Part shown: one piece after another, positions 23,696 to 36,456 of the stretch | Position numbering within the stretch: the first letter of the stretch is position 1 | Layout of the letters: each line of letters begins with the position of its first letter | Origin: Psammoneis japonica | Taxonomy: Eukaryota | Reading direction: 5' to 3' | Length of the DNA: 64,000 nt | NCBI GenBank assembly: GCA_008632985.1 | Contig: QPGO01000191.1 | Location: forward strand, 62,001 to 126,000 | Made by a program: the position numbers and the translations under genes | Notes under the pieces: generated by a model | Database searches by the model: none | Seen by the model: only the letters and a program-made list of their open reading frames with translations | Told to the model about the DNA's origin: nothing

Positions 23696-26605
23696 CCGTC
23701 CCGTCACCTCTACTTTCTGTTGCTGGCGCTCTCAAGGCGGCGTTCACGAGTCCCAAGGAGACAAAGGAAGTGGTTGAAGAGCACACCTTCCTGGTCATTT
23801 GGGACTCAGGAGCAAGCACATCGGTCTCACCTTGCAAGGACGACTTCATCGGGCCTCTCAAGAAACCACCTGTCACTGTCCGGCTCCAAGGTGTCGCAAA
23901 GGGCCTCCATGTGGCAGGTGTTGGACACGTCGCTTGGTCTTTTGTTGATGTTGCTGGGGTGCCTCGGACCCTGAAGGTTCCGGCCTGCTGCGTCCCCAAG
24001 TCCAAGGCTCGTCTCTTGAGCACAACCAGTCTCTTGCAGATGTGCTTGGATGAGTCTGTCGAACTGCTGTCGGACCGTGCCATCCTCAGTGGATCCAAGA
24101 ATCGCGAACAAGGACACAGGCGAGGTGTTGAAGTGTTGATTGAACCTTCAACTAACCCACCAGTTGGATGGGCCTGCGCGAATCAAGCAAGTCAACAAAT
24201 TTGTGAGGAGTTTCATTTGACGTTGTCGACGATTGTGGAACACAATCACAATGTCTCACCTGCTGAAAAGGAGCCACTGCATTGGCACTTTCGTCTCGGG
24301 CATCTGAGCTTTCGAAAGGTGCAATTTTTGATGCGTGCGGGAGTTCTGTCCCACTCCGAGGGCACCCGTTGTTTGCATGAACGCGCTTGTTGCATCGATC
24401 GTCCGCCCCTTTGTGCCGCACGCCAATGTGGAAAACAAAAACGCCGTCCCAGCCCCGGAAAGACTTCTCGTGTCGTCAAGGATCGAGCTGGAGCCTTGAA
24501 GAAGGATCAACTGTTCCCCGGTCAACGAGTTTCGGTTGATCATTTTGTTTGTTCCACTCGTGGTCGTCTGAAACATGCTTTTGGAAAGGAGAGCATAAAA
24601 CATCAGTGTTTGGGCGGAGCAATCTTTGTGGACCATGCATCCGGTTGTGTCAACGTTCAACATCAAACTCACCTCAATGCCCATGAAACTTTGACGGCCA
24701 AGAACGCATTTGAGGCTCATTGTCGTGATTGTGGTGTCATTCCCCAAGAATGTCTGAGCGACAATGGAAAGGCATTCATGTCGGCTAATTTCAGGGTTCA
24801 CTTGGAATCTTTTGCTCAAGTTTCAAAGTGCGCCGGTGCAGGAGCTCACCATCACAATGGGGTTTGTGAACGAGCAATGCACGCCGCGATGTCGATCGCA
24901 AGAAGTGTGATGTTGCACGCGGCGATCCATTGGCCTGACGTTGCGGACGCTGCTCTTTGGCCTTTGGCTGTGGACCACGCTGTTGTGCTTCACAACGCGA
25001 TGCCAGACCCATCTGCGGGTCTGAGTCCACAGGATGTGTTCACCCAGATGCGCAACCCTCACTCTCGGTTCCAGGATTGTCATGTTTGGGGGTGCCCTGT
25101 TTGCGTTCTTGACAAAGCTCTCGCCGATGGAAACAATGGCAATCTTTCGTGCTGTGGAGTCATTGCGTGGAAATTGTGTGGGACAGCACCAAGACAAGTC
25201 TGTCTGTCTGTCCTCAGTGAATTTTAACTTTGCGAAAAATGGATTTGACTGTTTTCTGATCAGGTGCATTTTTCTTCAACACATTTGCAAAAACACACCT
25301 GACCCGACAACAGTCAAGTCTGTTTTTGCACAAATTGTGTGAACATGACAGTTTCAGTGCAAAAACGTGTGGATTCTACAGGCGTCCTTGATTGTTTTAT
25401 GCTCTCTATGTCACGGGTCATTTTCAAAAGATTCCTGTTGAAACTGCCAAAGTGGAAACCCCGCGCGAGTCGGCATGTCTGTGTGGGACTCAGCACCGAG
25501 CATGCCTCATCAGTCCCGCCAGTCTTGAGTCTTGAAACGGGAGCCATCACTCCACAATTCCATGTCGTTTTTGATGATTGGTTTGCGACGGTTCCTGCCG
25601 ATGCCAGCTCGTCACCTGCCATTGGGTCTCCGGAATGGACGTCTCTTTTCGGAGACAGTGTGTGTCAACATGCTGTGGATGATGAAGAGCAGGCTGATGT
25701 CGACATCCGTCAAGAACACCCAGAATGTGAGCGCCGATCCAAGGAAATCCGTGAAACCGTCACCCGCCGGTTGCCTCCCAAACCCTCACAGGTCCCTCCT
25801 CCGGCTGCTCAGGCACCAGCATCTTCTTCCGAGGCCCCCTCTCATCCTGTTGTGGAACCCCCGGTCCCTGAGGTGGAGTCTGTGCCTCCACTGGAGTCTC
25901 CCACTGAACCCGTGGCTTCAGACTCGCCTCAGAGGGAGAGAGCACCCGCTGCCAACTCAAACACCCCACCAAGTCCTCAGAGGGAGCCTCCCACCCCTCG
26001 AAGTCTTTCTTCGGATGTCTGTCAAGAGAGGGAGTCACCACCTGTGGCTCCACCCAGTGCACAATGCCCCTCTCCAACCCCAGTTCATCGCTCAACCCGG
26101 ACTCGCGCTGTGCCCCAGCGGTTTGGACACGATGGATCTCAGGGACATGGATGCTTGTCTCACTTCATTGATTTCCATCATGCACACAAGTTTGACCACG
26201 GTTGCAACACACCCATGACTGCTCCTGCCGTGTGCAAGGCGTCGGTGTGCAAAGTCAAGGATCCGGACACGCTGTCGTGGGATGAGGCCATGTGCTCTTC
26301 CGATCACGACAAGTGGTTGAAAGCGGCTGAGATCGAGATTGCAGCACTTGTCCATCAAGGAACGTGGGTCGAGGCACCCACATCCGATGCTCAAACCAAG
26401 TTCCTTCCCGGCACTTGGGCATTTCGTCGCAAGCGATCACCTTCAGGCGAGATCAAGAAGTGCAAGGCTCGCCACTGTTGTCACGGCGATCTGCAGGAAG
26501 GAAGTCTGTTTGACACTTGTGCACCGGTTGTAGCCTGGAGCACGGTTCGAGCATTTTTGGCATTGAGTCTTGTTCTTGGATGGCATGTGGCATCCGCCGA
26601 TTTCC
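23696..26605 (+). pseudogene. Element A protease, integrase and RT N-terminus, inverted relative to the rest of the element
   Basis: IWDSGAS, WHFRLGH, C..C, VSVD, FVDHASG, SDNG, NGVCER, WGCPVCVLD, PQFHVVFDDWF, DPDTLSWDEAM, GTWAFRRKR, APVVAWSTVR. Confidence 0.9.
25134..25440. mobile_element. 307-bp MITE inserted in the element A integrase
   Basis: Splits LDKALADG / KLPKWKPR; imperfect TIRs caatggcaatcttt and aaagattcctgttg; possible 2-bp AA TSD. Confidence 0.75.
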
Positions 26606-27800
26606 AGGTTCTTGGATGCAAGGCATCGTTTTGCGTCCATCTTAGACTTGTGCGCTGTCTCAACAAGTGCTTCGCTCAAATTCTCTTTCACAGTGCGAAG
26701 GGCGTGCTTGAACTGCTGACCGTTTTCGCCATCCCCTCCAGCTTCCAGGCAAGCGTTGACCAAGGCAAGCGTCAGCTTGTGGTCGCACTGACCCGCAACA
26801 TCTAACTCTTGGGCCGCAGTCTTGAACTTGGACAGGAGCTGGGAGAGATCCTGACCGGCGAACTGGGAGGGCTTGAGTTCCTCTAGCTGCTTTTCGAGCT
26901 GCTTGAAGCGTTCGATGGACGTGCTCTGAAGGATCACGACGAGAGCCATCCAGACTTTCGGAAAGCAATCCGACTCTTCCGTCTCCAGATCCAGCTGCAC
27001 GGCCAGGCTAGCCTCCAAGGAGTTCTTGAGAAACTCAGTGGCGTCCCTGTCATTGGATGAATCGCAGGAGTCATGCTTGGCGAGTTGAGGTGCGACAAGA
27101 CGGGTGACGCTCGATTTGGAATGCCGAGGATGTCCTTCAATGCAAGACGTCACGGAAGTTGAGTCCTCGGGGTCCTGCAGGCAAGTTGCCGCATCCAAAC
27201 CGCAGTCCTTGAGATGCTTCATCACGTTCTTCTCAAAGGTTGCAAGATCTCCCTTCTCATCAAACTTGGTCGAAAGTCCGGCAACGCAGCAGGCCTTGCT
27301 CTTCTGGGCAGAAGAAACATGGTGGGAGCGACACTGATTTGGTGACATTGGACTGGAGTTGGGAGTTTCCAATCCGGACCAGTCAGCCTTGGGTTTCCCA
27401 CCGGTCCAAGCAACTTTCTCAGTGGAACCAATGGAGATAATCCCCCCCCATCTCAGGAGCCTTGGGTTTGCAGACTTTCGTCTTCGGCATCGCCGCGGCT
27501 GCCATGGCAGCCATGGCCTGAACAGTGCGACGCTCGTCTTCCGTCATGCCAGAGCCTGCAGCGGGCTCGTCATCATCATCGTCCGAGTCGTCATCCGAAT
27601 CGTCCGGGCAAAGTTCCAAGGGCGGAACAGGCTCGTCGTCTGGGTCGTTAGGGTCCTGAGGTGGTGGATTATCCCCCGGTGGAGGTTGATCCTCAGGAGG
27701 CTGATCCTCGAACACTTCGGGGTCGTCAGCCATGTCCGACAGCGCGCTTGAAGCTGTCGAGTCGGACCAATCGTCTGGGACGTTCTCAATCAAAGAGTGC
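26606..27800 (-). pseudogene. Element A gag region (frameshifted, truncated by the inversion)
   Basis: Acidic/Pro-rich N-part, MGG...WTGGKP, HLKDCGLDA..CLQDP, LKPSQFAGQD; lies directly downstream of the 5' LTR. Confidence 0.75.
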
Positions 27801-28068
27801 GAGCTCGGAGAACTCTCTTGGGTCTCAGGAGGGCCATGGGGTGGAGCAGGGCCTGAGATGGTGCATGTGCAAAATCAACAATGAACCTTCTGGCGGAACC
27901 AGCCATTCAGCTGACGGAGTCAGTCGCAGTGCTTGACATCAAGAGCGCGGAGCGCAGTTGATGAGGAGTGCTGACGGTGTCAGAGCCATTGATGGGGTTG
28001 CTCTGGTTTGGGCGTCCCCAACCGGAAGCGTGGAACATGTTAAGTTGCCCCAATTGGGCGAACTGGCC

Positions 28069-28540
28069 AGTCGAAGCTCGCGTGTCCGCGCAAGCTCCGA
28101 GTGCCTTCCCAACGTGTCGACTGGATGTCCACTCCAGATCGACACCTCAGGCAGAATGCAAGTAGATGGAATCTACTTACGAGCAGCAACGAGCATTTGG
28201 TCTTTCACAAAAGTGCTGGTGACCAAATTACAAGCTGCCTAGACTGAATCTGCTGAATGCACCCAAACAGAGGTTGATCTGCAGGTTTGTGCTAGAGACT
28301 GGTGCAAACTTCAGGGTCAACCACGTTCACAACAATCATCCAAACACTGCTGAACCAATCTATGGTTGGTCCAACATCTGTGCAAAGCCCATGATCTCCA
28401 AAGCACCGCCTGTGATCCCCAAAGCATTCGGCTTGAGAATCAAGTCAACGTGGCGCGAAAAGAATTTCAACAAGAATTCCGACTGACAGAAGTGCAGACA
28501 CAACAGAGAATCTGGGTCGGTGGACAGACGAACCACGACT
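28069..28540 (-). repeat. 5' LTR of element A
   Basis: Colinear with 22277-22748. Confidence 0.93.
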
Positions 28541-30899
28541 GGGACACTTCTTGGAAAAGGACACATGGCAAAATCAAGCCAGCACTTTCATGATGTTCTC
28601 ACCTTGATGCCTGCTTCTTTTGGTTGAGTTGACAGTCATCTTAGCGTTTTTGGTGTTCCTTTCATCAACATTGTTTTCTTTGTCTGCTTCACCCTGACAT
28701 CCATTCACTGCCCCTGCCATGAAGGACTCTGCCACTTCTTTGTTCTTTGGCTCAAGTGTTCCTGCTGGCAGCAATGTCATTGGCATTGGGGTGCACTGTG
28801 CCATGCATTGCAATGTGATGGTGCAATCCCATTGTCAGCATTGTCCTGTTGTTGCTGCTTTTCACCCTGCAATGCAACCACATTTGCTGTTCTTTCATTG
28901 ACATGGCCAATTGGCTGGTCTCACAACACACCAGTCACTGCTGTGTCACCCAGTTCTTGGCTTGAGTGAGACAGCAGAAGAAGCTGCTGGAGCAGGATGA
29001 GACCCCCCGTCAGGCATTGCCAGGTTCATCTGCAACACAAGTGCTTCTCTCCCAGACCTGCAGTCCAACATTTGCTCCCATCTCTACCAAACTGCAGAAG
29101 CTGTTGGAGCAGGAGACCCGCCACTGTCCATGCCTCTGTCAGACCTAGAGATGATGGCCAGGGCCAGGCCCATGTCTGCAACATGCAGAAAAATGCTGCT
29201 CCCACCAGAACTGCAGTCCAAGACACCCCATTTTCTGTGAAAGGTGATGACAACCCATTTTGGTGCTACCCAGAGCTCTTGAAATGCTGCCACAAGGTGA
29301 TCTGCAGTGGGTTTGCACAAAGGGATGACAATTGGGTGCACGTTGCAGGTGAACACAGAATGTCCAGCTGGCTGGTGCAGACAGGTCAGTTGTGAAAAAG
29401 TGCGCAATTCAGCCTGACTGGCACCTCTCTGCACTGGTTGTGACATGCAAAAACACCACACATTGACAACAGCCCAGCTGGCTGGACATGGACAAAGGCA
29501 CAAGAAGCAGAGGGGGCATGCTCAGGCTCTGCTGCAGATGGGGGGATCCTCCACCAAGCCAACCCAGGGGCAACAACCAGAACATTGAGAGATGGCAGAT
29601 GCTGTTGCTGAATTCCCTCATTTGGCTGAGGAAGAGGAAGTGCCTGCAGATCCCTTGCAGCACTGAAGACCACCCACCAGATTTCTCAAACTGTGAAAGG
29701 GGTGCCAGCAAAACATTTTTCAGAAAGTGTGCCAGCAAACAAATCTTGGCATCAGGCACTGTGTTTCATGATGGCACAGGCTGCAAGAGTGGCCCTTCAG
29801 ACAAGGATGCCCACCTGCAGCTGCAGGCAGCTCAGCTTGCCACAAGCCCCCCAGATCAGAAGTGCAGCCAGCTGCCAAATGTTCTCAGACAGATTGCTGA
29901 AGAGAAGAGAGATCTTGCTTGGCAAGAAAGGCAGAGAGAAGTCAGGTGGGTTTGATGAGATTGAGAAGTTGAAGGCAAGGATCAAAAACTTGCATGCTGG
30001 AAAGAAACAAGGCAAGAGCAGAGCACAAGCAGGAGCAACAAAAGCCAGAAATTAGAGTCAGCAGGTCTTCTTCACTCTGACTCTGACATGTGATGCCCAA
30101 CCAAAAGGTGCAACTCTGATGGCTTTGGAGGAAACTGGGAAGGTTGTGGACATTGCCCCATCTTCACCACCACAGTTGCAGTGCCAACAGCTGTTCAGCA
30201 AATCAGATCACAGAGGACAGGCAACAGACAAGACTCCATCTGGAAAACATTCTCTCCACCAAAAAACAAAGACAAAGTTGATGCTGATTTTCTGGCTTCT
30301 GGAGGAGAATGCACTTTGCTTGTTTTCCAGTCAATGAACCTGGCTGACACAGGTGCTGATGCCAACTTGCATGTGTTTGACACAAAAAGAGTCAAAACGC
30401 TGCACAAAGATGCTGTGAAACATTTGGAGCTGATGGGAGCATTGATCTTTGTCGAGGGGTGACATCACATGTTCCAAGTGGCAAGTTGTTGGTGGAAATT
30501 GCCAGAAGAAGAAATCAAGCAAAGTTCACCTTGGGGTCATTTTGTGACCAAAGAACCAAGTGAAAGAATCCCAGTTGCAGCAAGATGCCTCAGAGCACAA
30601 GTGCAAAGATGATGACTCTCAAGGCACAGCTGTCTTCTGAGCCTTTTCTGAGGGCCAACCTGTGATTGTGATTGTCTCCCTCAAAGGAGTTCAGCATTTG
30701 TTGATGCAACATGTCCCATCTGCCACTGCAGAATGTTGCAAGTGTGTTCGAGTTCTGCCATTTTTTCAAAAGCCATGTGTGCTTCTTTGTTGGAAACAAA
30801 GCAAGACAGCTGCAGCATTTCAGCAACCTTTGTTGCCACTTCAGGTTTCTCCAGTCATTGGTGAGAGGGACTCTGTTGCATCTGCTGCTGGGCTGGGGT

Positions 30900-33250
30900 G
30901 TCACATGGCTGATGCAACACCACAGGATGACAAACCAAGGCAGCCACCTCTGTGTCAGTGAGCTGGCCAGAACCCTCAGCTGACAACTGCTTGGTTTGTC
31001 CATTGGCTGTTAAAGTCCACCCCTGGTGGGTCATGGCAGATTGGCTGGAGTCCTTGGCTGACAGCTGCATGGTCAGTTTGCAGCACTTGGGGTGTCCATC
31101 CATTTTCCAGATAAAAATTCAAGTCTGTCTGCTGCTGCTCTTGGGTGATGTTGGGCCAAAACACACCAGATGAACACCAAGGCAATCACAGTGAATGCTC
31201 TTAAAGTCTGTCACATGGCCAAAACAGCACCACAGGCCAAACCAAGATGACCATGGTCACAGTGAGCTGGACAGAACCCTCAGCTGACAACTGCTTGGTT
31301 TCTTGTTGCATTTGGGGTGTCATCTGTGGTCCATGTGGAAAATGCAAGTTTCTGTCTGCTGCCAGACTGGTGTGATGTTGGACCAAAACAGTGCAAGATG
31401 AGCCAAGCCAGTCACAACAATGCCATTGAAGCCCACCCCTGGGTCATTGCAAATTGGCTGGAGTCCTTGGCTGACAGCTGCATGGTCAGTTTGCAGCACT
31501 TGGGGTGTCCATCCATTGTCCAGATGAAAAATTCAAGTCTGTCTGCTGCTGCTCTTGGGTGATGTTGGGCCAAAACAACACCAGATGAACACTGAGGCAA
31601 CCACAGTGAATGCTTTGAAAGTCTGTCACATGGCCAAAACAGCACCACAGGCCAAACCAAGATGACCATCATGAATGCTCTTAAAGCCCACCTGGTTTCT
31701 TTGTTGTTGCACTCGGGGTGTCTGTCCATGGCCCATGTGGAAAATGCAAGTCTCTGTCTGCTGCCAGACTGGTGTGATGTTGGGCTAAAACAACACAAGA
31801 CAAGACAAGCCAGCCACAACAATGCCATCAAAGTCCACTCCTGGGCCATGGCAAATTGGCTGGAGTCCTTGGCTGACAGCTGCATGGTCAGTTTGCAGCA
31901 CTTGGGTTGTCCATCCATTGTTCAGACAAAAAAAATCAAGTCTGTCTGCTGCTGTTTTTGGGTGATGTTGGGGCAAAGTAACTCCAGAGGGATGAACCAA
32001 GGCGGCCGCAATGAAAGCTCTCTCATCCGCCCCTGGGTCACAGGCAGCAAGTTGGTCAGAACTCTCAGCTGACAACAGTTTGACTTCTTTGTTGCACTTG
32101 GGGTGTCTGTTGTTCAGATGGAAAAAGCAAGCCTGTCTCTGCTGCCAGACTGGGGTGAAGCTGGGCCAAAACAACACAAGATGAAACAAGCCAACCACCA
32201 GCCACTCTTTAAAGTCCACCTGCAGGTCACTGTGAGTTGGCTGGAGTCTTCTGCTGACAACCTGGTGCATTGTCCAGGCAGAAAAATTGAGTCTGTTTGA
32301 TGCCACCCTTCTTGTGTGACCTTGATCCAAAACAATGCCAGATGGCATGAGCCTTGCTGACCACAACAAATGCTCTTAAAGTTGAGTGAAAAAGCTGGAA
32401 CCCTTGGCTGACAACTGCGTGGCCAGTTTGGTGCACTTGGGGCATCCATCCATTGCCCGGATGGAAAAATCAAGTCTGACTGCTGATTGCCTTTGGCAAT
32501 GTTGGGCCAAAATGACACCAGATGACCCAAGGCAACCACAATGAATGCTCTCAAAGTTGGCCCCAGGAGCACAATGAGTTGGCTGGAACCCTCAGCTGAC
32601 AACTGTTTGGTTTCTTTGTTGCACTTGGGGTGTCCATCCATTGTCAAGGTGGAAAATTCAAGCACATCTCTGCTTCCAGCCTGGAGCAATGTTGTGCCAA
32701 AACAACTCCAGATGGGCCAAGACAGCCACAACAAATGCTCTCAAAGTCTGCCCCTGGATCACAATGAGTTGAGTGGAGCCCTCTGCTGACAACTGTTTGG
32801 TTTGTTTGTCATGCTTGAGGAATCTGTCCATTGTCCCAACAGAAAAATCATGCCAGCTGTCTCCTGCTGGCTGCCATCATTGGGTGATTTTGACCCCCCA
32901 AGCAACACCAGATGAACCTTGCCAATGACAACAAATGCTCTTAAAGTCCAGCCCAGGCACACAGCAAGAAGGCCAGAACCCTTGGCTGACAACTGCATGG
33001 CCAGTTGGTTCTTGCACTTGGGGTGTCCATCCATTGTCCAGATGGAAAAATCAAGTCAGTCTGCTGATGGCCTTGGGTGTTGTCGGACCAAAACAACACC
33101 AGGTGAACCAAGCCAACTGCAATGAATGCTCTTGAAGTCCACCCCTTGGTCACTGGGAGTTGACCAGAACCCTCAGCTGACAACTGTTTGGTTGTTTGGT
33201 TGCACACAGGGTGTCAATCAATTTGCCACCAGATGGAAATTTCCAGCCTG
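30900..33250 (-). repeat. Degenerate tandem array with about 190-bp period, about 12 units, possibly once coding
   Basis: ccct(c/t)(a/g)gctgaca(a/g)ctg recurs near 30971, 31050, 31276, 31462, 31865, 32061, 32250, 32400, 32588, 32780, 32978 and 33168; minus-strand peptide repeat WTMDGHPKCNKETKQLSAEGS. Confidence 0.85.
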
Positions 33251-34911
33251 TCTGATGTTGCTGTTGGCATGTTGCTGGGAAACAAGGATGGAGATGGAGG
33301 TGGTGCAACACCAGATTTGCCAGTTGGAGATTCGCGTGGAGCAGCAGATGGAGCACCAGAAGTTTTGTCGCTGGGTGAAACACCTGGAGAGCTTCAGCAC
33401 TTGGTGCACCTCCAGAAACAGACAGCAGTGCAGCTCTGCTGAGGGAGCCAACAAAGGCACAAGTCCTGCATTTGATTGGCTGGGCTCATCAGATGGAGAG
33501 CTGGAGGGTGCAGCAGATGACATTGGTGTTGGCACATCACTGGGAACCAATGATGGAGATGAAGGCAGTGCAGTGCCAGATTTGCCAATTGGAGGTTAAC
33601 GTGGAGCAGCAGATGGAGTGCCAGAAGTTTTGTCACTGGGTGTTCACCCAGAGCTTCACTTGGCACACCTCCAGAAAAAGATGGTGCAGCTGCTGAGGGA
33701 GCCAACAAAGGCACAAGTTCTGCATTTGACTGGCTGGGCTCATCAGATGAAGAACCAGAGGGTGCAGCAGATGATGATGGTGTTGGCACATCACTGGGAA
33801 CCAAGGATGGAGATGAAAGCAGTGCAAGAACACCAGGTTTGCTGATTGGTGATTGACGTGGAACAGCAGATGGTGTGCCAGAAGAGTCATCACTGGGTGT
33901 TTTGCTTGGAGCTTGCCTGGCGCACCTCCAGAAGGAGATGATGTGGGTGCTCAGAGAGCCAACGAAGGCACAAGTCCTGCACTCAATTGGCTGGACTTGT
34001 CAGATGGAGAACTGGAGGGCGCAACAGATGATGATGGAGTCGGCACATCACTGGGAACCATGGATGGAGACAAAGATGGCATGACAATGGATTTGACAGT
34101 TGGAGATGTGGAAACTGGGGACTTGAGAAGGTTTGTCAGTGGGGGCTTTGCTGGCCTGTTCCAGCTCCAGGTGCTCCGCGCGGGTTCGATTCCCATCATT
34201 TGGAAATTTGTGCATTTGGCGCAATTGACTTTTTCCAAATCCGTTTTTTGCCAAATCGAAGGGTAAGTGCGAGTAAATCTGGATGGAGGGCCACGTCATA
34301 ATTGGTGATTGGTTAAGACACATGGATCGAGTGGTGCTGCAGCGACACGCTCACAATCTGGTCAGGTTTGGGTTCGCATTGACAGTGTTGCTGCTTTCCA
34401 TTTAGACTTGAGGTGTCGTGCTTGTTCTTTCGTTGCATCGAGATTTATTCGCTTTGTCAGAGCCAAGACGAAAAAGACAGAGCGAAATGGTTTTGAATGC
34501 AATTCGTCATGGACGATTGTTTGTTGTGTTGTTTGCATGGAACGTGCAGCTGTAGAAACGGTGCTGAGCTGTGCGCGATGCGTCAGAATTCGGATTGATG
34601 CGCACGATGATGCGTCTCGTGTCGCTTGTTGTGACATCCACAAAAACAGCTTGCAATGGTGATGCTCGCAAAGACAGTCACTGTCCTCACATGTGCAATG
34701 GGTGTGAAGGGACTGCGGCATTGGGCGACATGCCCGAGCGTGTGCTCGACAATGTTGGTTGACATGAATGACACAGGACTGATCACCCTGATGTCGGGTG
34801 GCTGTGTAAACCTGTTGTCACAACACAGAGAAAGTGCAGCCATCATGACCATGCAGACTCACAGCTGTGTGTTCCTGGTGCGGGACCTTTGCACCCTTTC
34901 TCTGTCACAGG

Positions 34912-36456
34912 ATGGCAGCAGCGGCAGCACCAGCAGCAGCACTTGCGGCGTTGGCCGCGGCAGCTGACGTTGACGCAGTTTTGCAAGTTTGTGGTGTTGC
35001 TGACCAGAACGCAAGGGCGAGGTTGGTCTTCCATGAAGGGTCCACGACTTTGGAAAACATCGCAGTGATGGAGAGTGATCACGATGTGGAAGACATGGTG
35101 CAGAGGGCGTCTCGTCGCACGGTGGCCGACGGATGTGTGACTCTTGGGACTGTTCAGATCAAGAACTTGCAGGCGCTAGTGTGGTGGTGCCAGGATTTGC
35201 TCAAACAGAATCAGCCATTGGTTGTGGCAGACTTTAATGTGGCAGCTGTGGCTGCGGCCCGGAATGGCAGGCGTGTCGAAAAGGAGCGCACAGATTCGGA
35301 CGCGTCGGCAAGCGGTCTCGTAAAGTTCAAGCCCGATGACTTCGATGTGTGCGAAGATGCTTTCTTGAATCTCTTGGCACAGAAATTTGGCGTGTTGAAA
35401 GAACCCCTTCGCTGTGTTGCAAGGACAATGCCAGCTCCGGCTGCATTCACGGATGCTCAACAACAGCGTGTGTGCGAGATGCCATTGAATGGCGCCGCAC
35501 ATGACGAGGACAACCGCAGCGTTTGCCGTGTGTTGAAGGAATGCTTGGTCGACACGGCAGGATGGGCATGGATCGAACCATTTGACGCAACAGAAGATGG
35601 ACGTGGAGCATTCAACGCATGGGTTGACCATTGCAATGGACAGGGCGAGTTGAGCAAGCACATCCATCTGGCTGCGGCAACTGTTGAAACCTTGTTTTAT
35701 AAAAAGGAAGGATCGCTCCCATTCGAAAAGTTCAATGAGAAACTTGCCAGTGCTTTTGCTGCTTTGAACAAATCACCGGACGACCGCAAATCTGAACGAC
35801 AGAAAGTTGACATTCTTCTAAAAGGGATCCGAACGGATGACACTCGTCTCATTGCAGCAACGGCTGTCATTGGCAGTCAGCACCCTCGTGACTTCGCGGG
35901 GGCATGTGCTCATTTCTCATCCGAAGTCTCTCGTTTGCATGCAGGTGCTCAGTTGGAAGCCTGGCGTTGCTCGAAGCGCAAGATTTCTGAAATGAGCCGT
36001 GGTGGCGGCGGTGGCCGCGGTTTTTATCGAGGTCGCGGTCACGGAGGAAGATTTGGACGTGGGGGTGGACGCGGACGTGGTGGTGGCCGTCAAGGCAGAG
36101 GTGGCGACCACACTACGATGATCAATGGAGTCGATGTATCCGACCCTGCAAGGAGCTTTAGCGCTCAAGAATGGGAAAAGTTGCAGCACAATGGAGGCAT
36201 GAGCTGCGTGTTCCAAGCTCGCGAACGAATGGGTCATGGACGCGGTGGTGGCCGTGGGTCTCCCGCAGGTCAACAAGAACGCGATGGGGGCGGCAGGCAT
36301 GCAGCTGAAGCCCAAGTCTGTCAAGATGGCCAAGGCCAAACCCAACAACAGGATCAGGAGCAAAGGAGTGGCGGGCGTGGTCGCGGTGCTGACCGGGATC
36401 GCGGTGGATGCAATGGACGCACCTTCGGTCGGGGAGCCCACAATGGTTCCACCTGA
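34912..36456 (+). pseudogene. Element B gag
   Basis: Long ORF with DGRGAF..W..HCNG, FEKF..KL and an RGG-rich C-terminus; only 2 Tyr. Confidence 0.85.

Larger units (their letters stand above)
22277..28540 (-). mobile_element. Ty1/copia LTR retrotransposon A (diatom CoDi-like), mutated and internally rearranged
   Basis: 472-bp direct LTRs at 22277-22748 and 28069-28540; TSD aggac/gggac; polypurine tract on the minus strand next to 22749; gag, protease, integrase, RT and RNase H motifs. Confidence 0.95.

Noticed and set aside
34180..34200. tRNA T-loop-like gcgggttcgattccc
   Set aside because: No D-arm, anticodon arm or acceptor stem could be built, and it lies inside the MITE arm.
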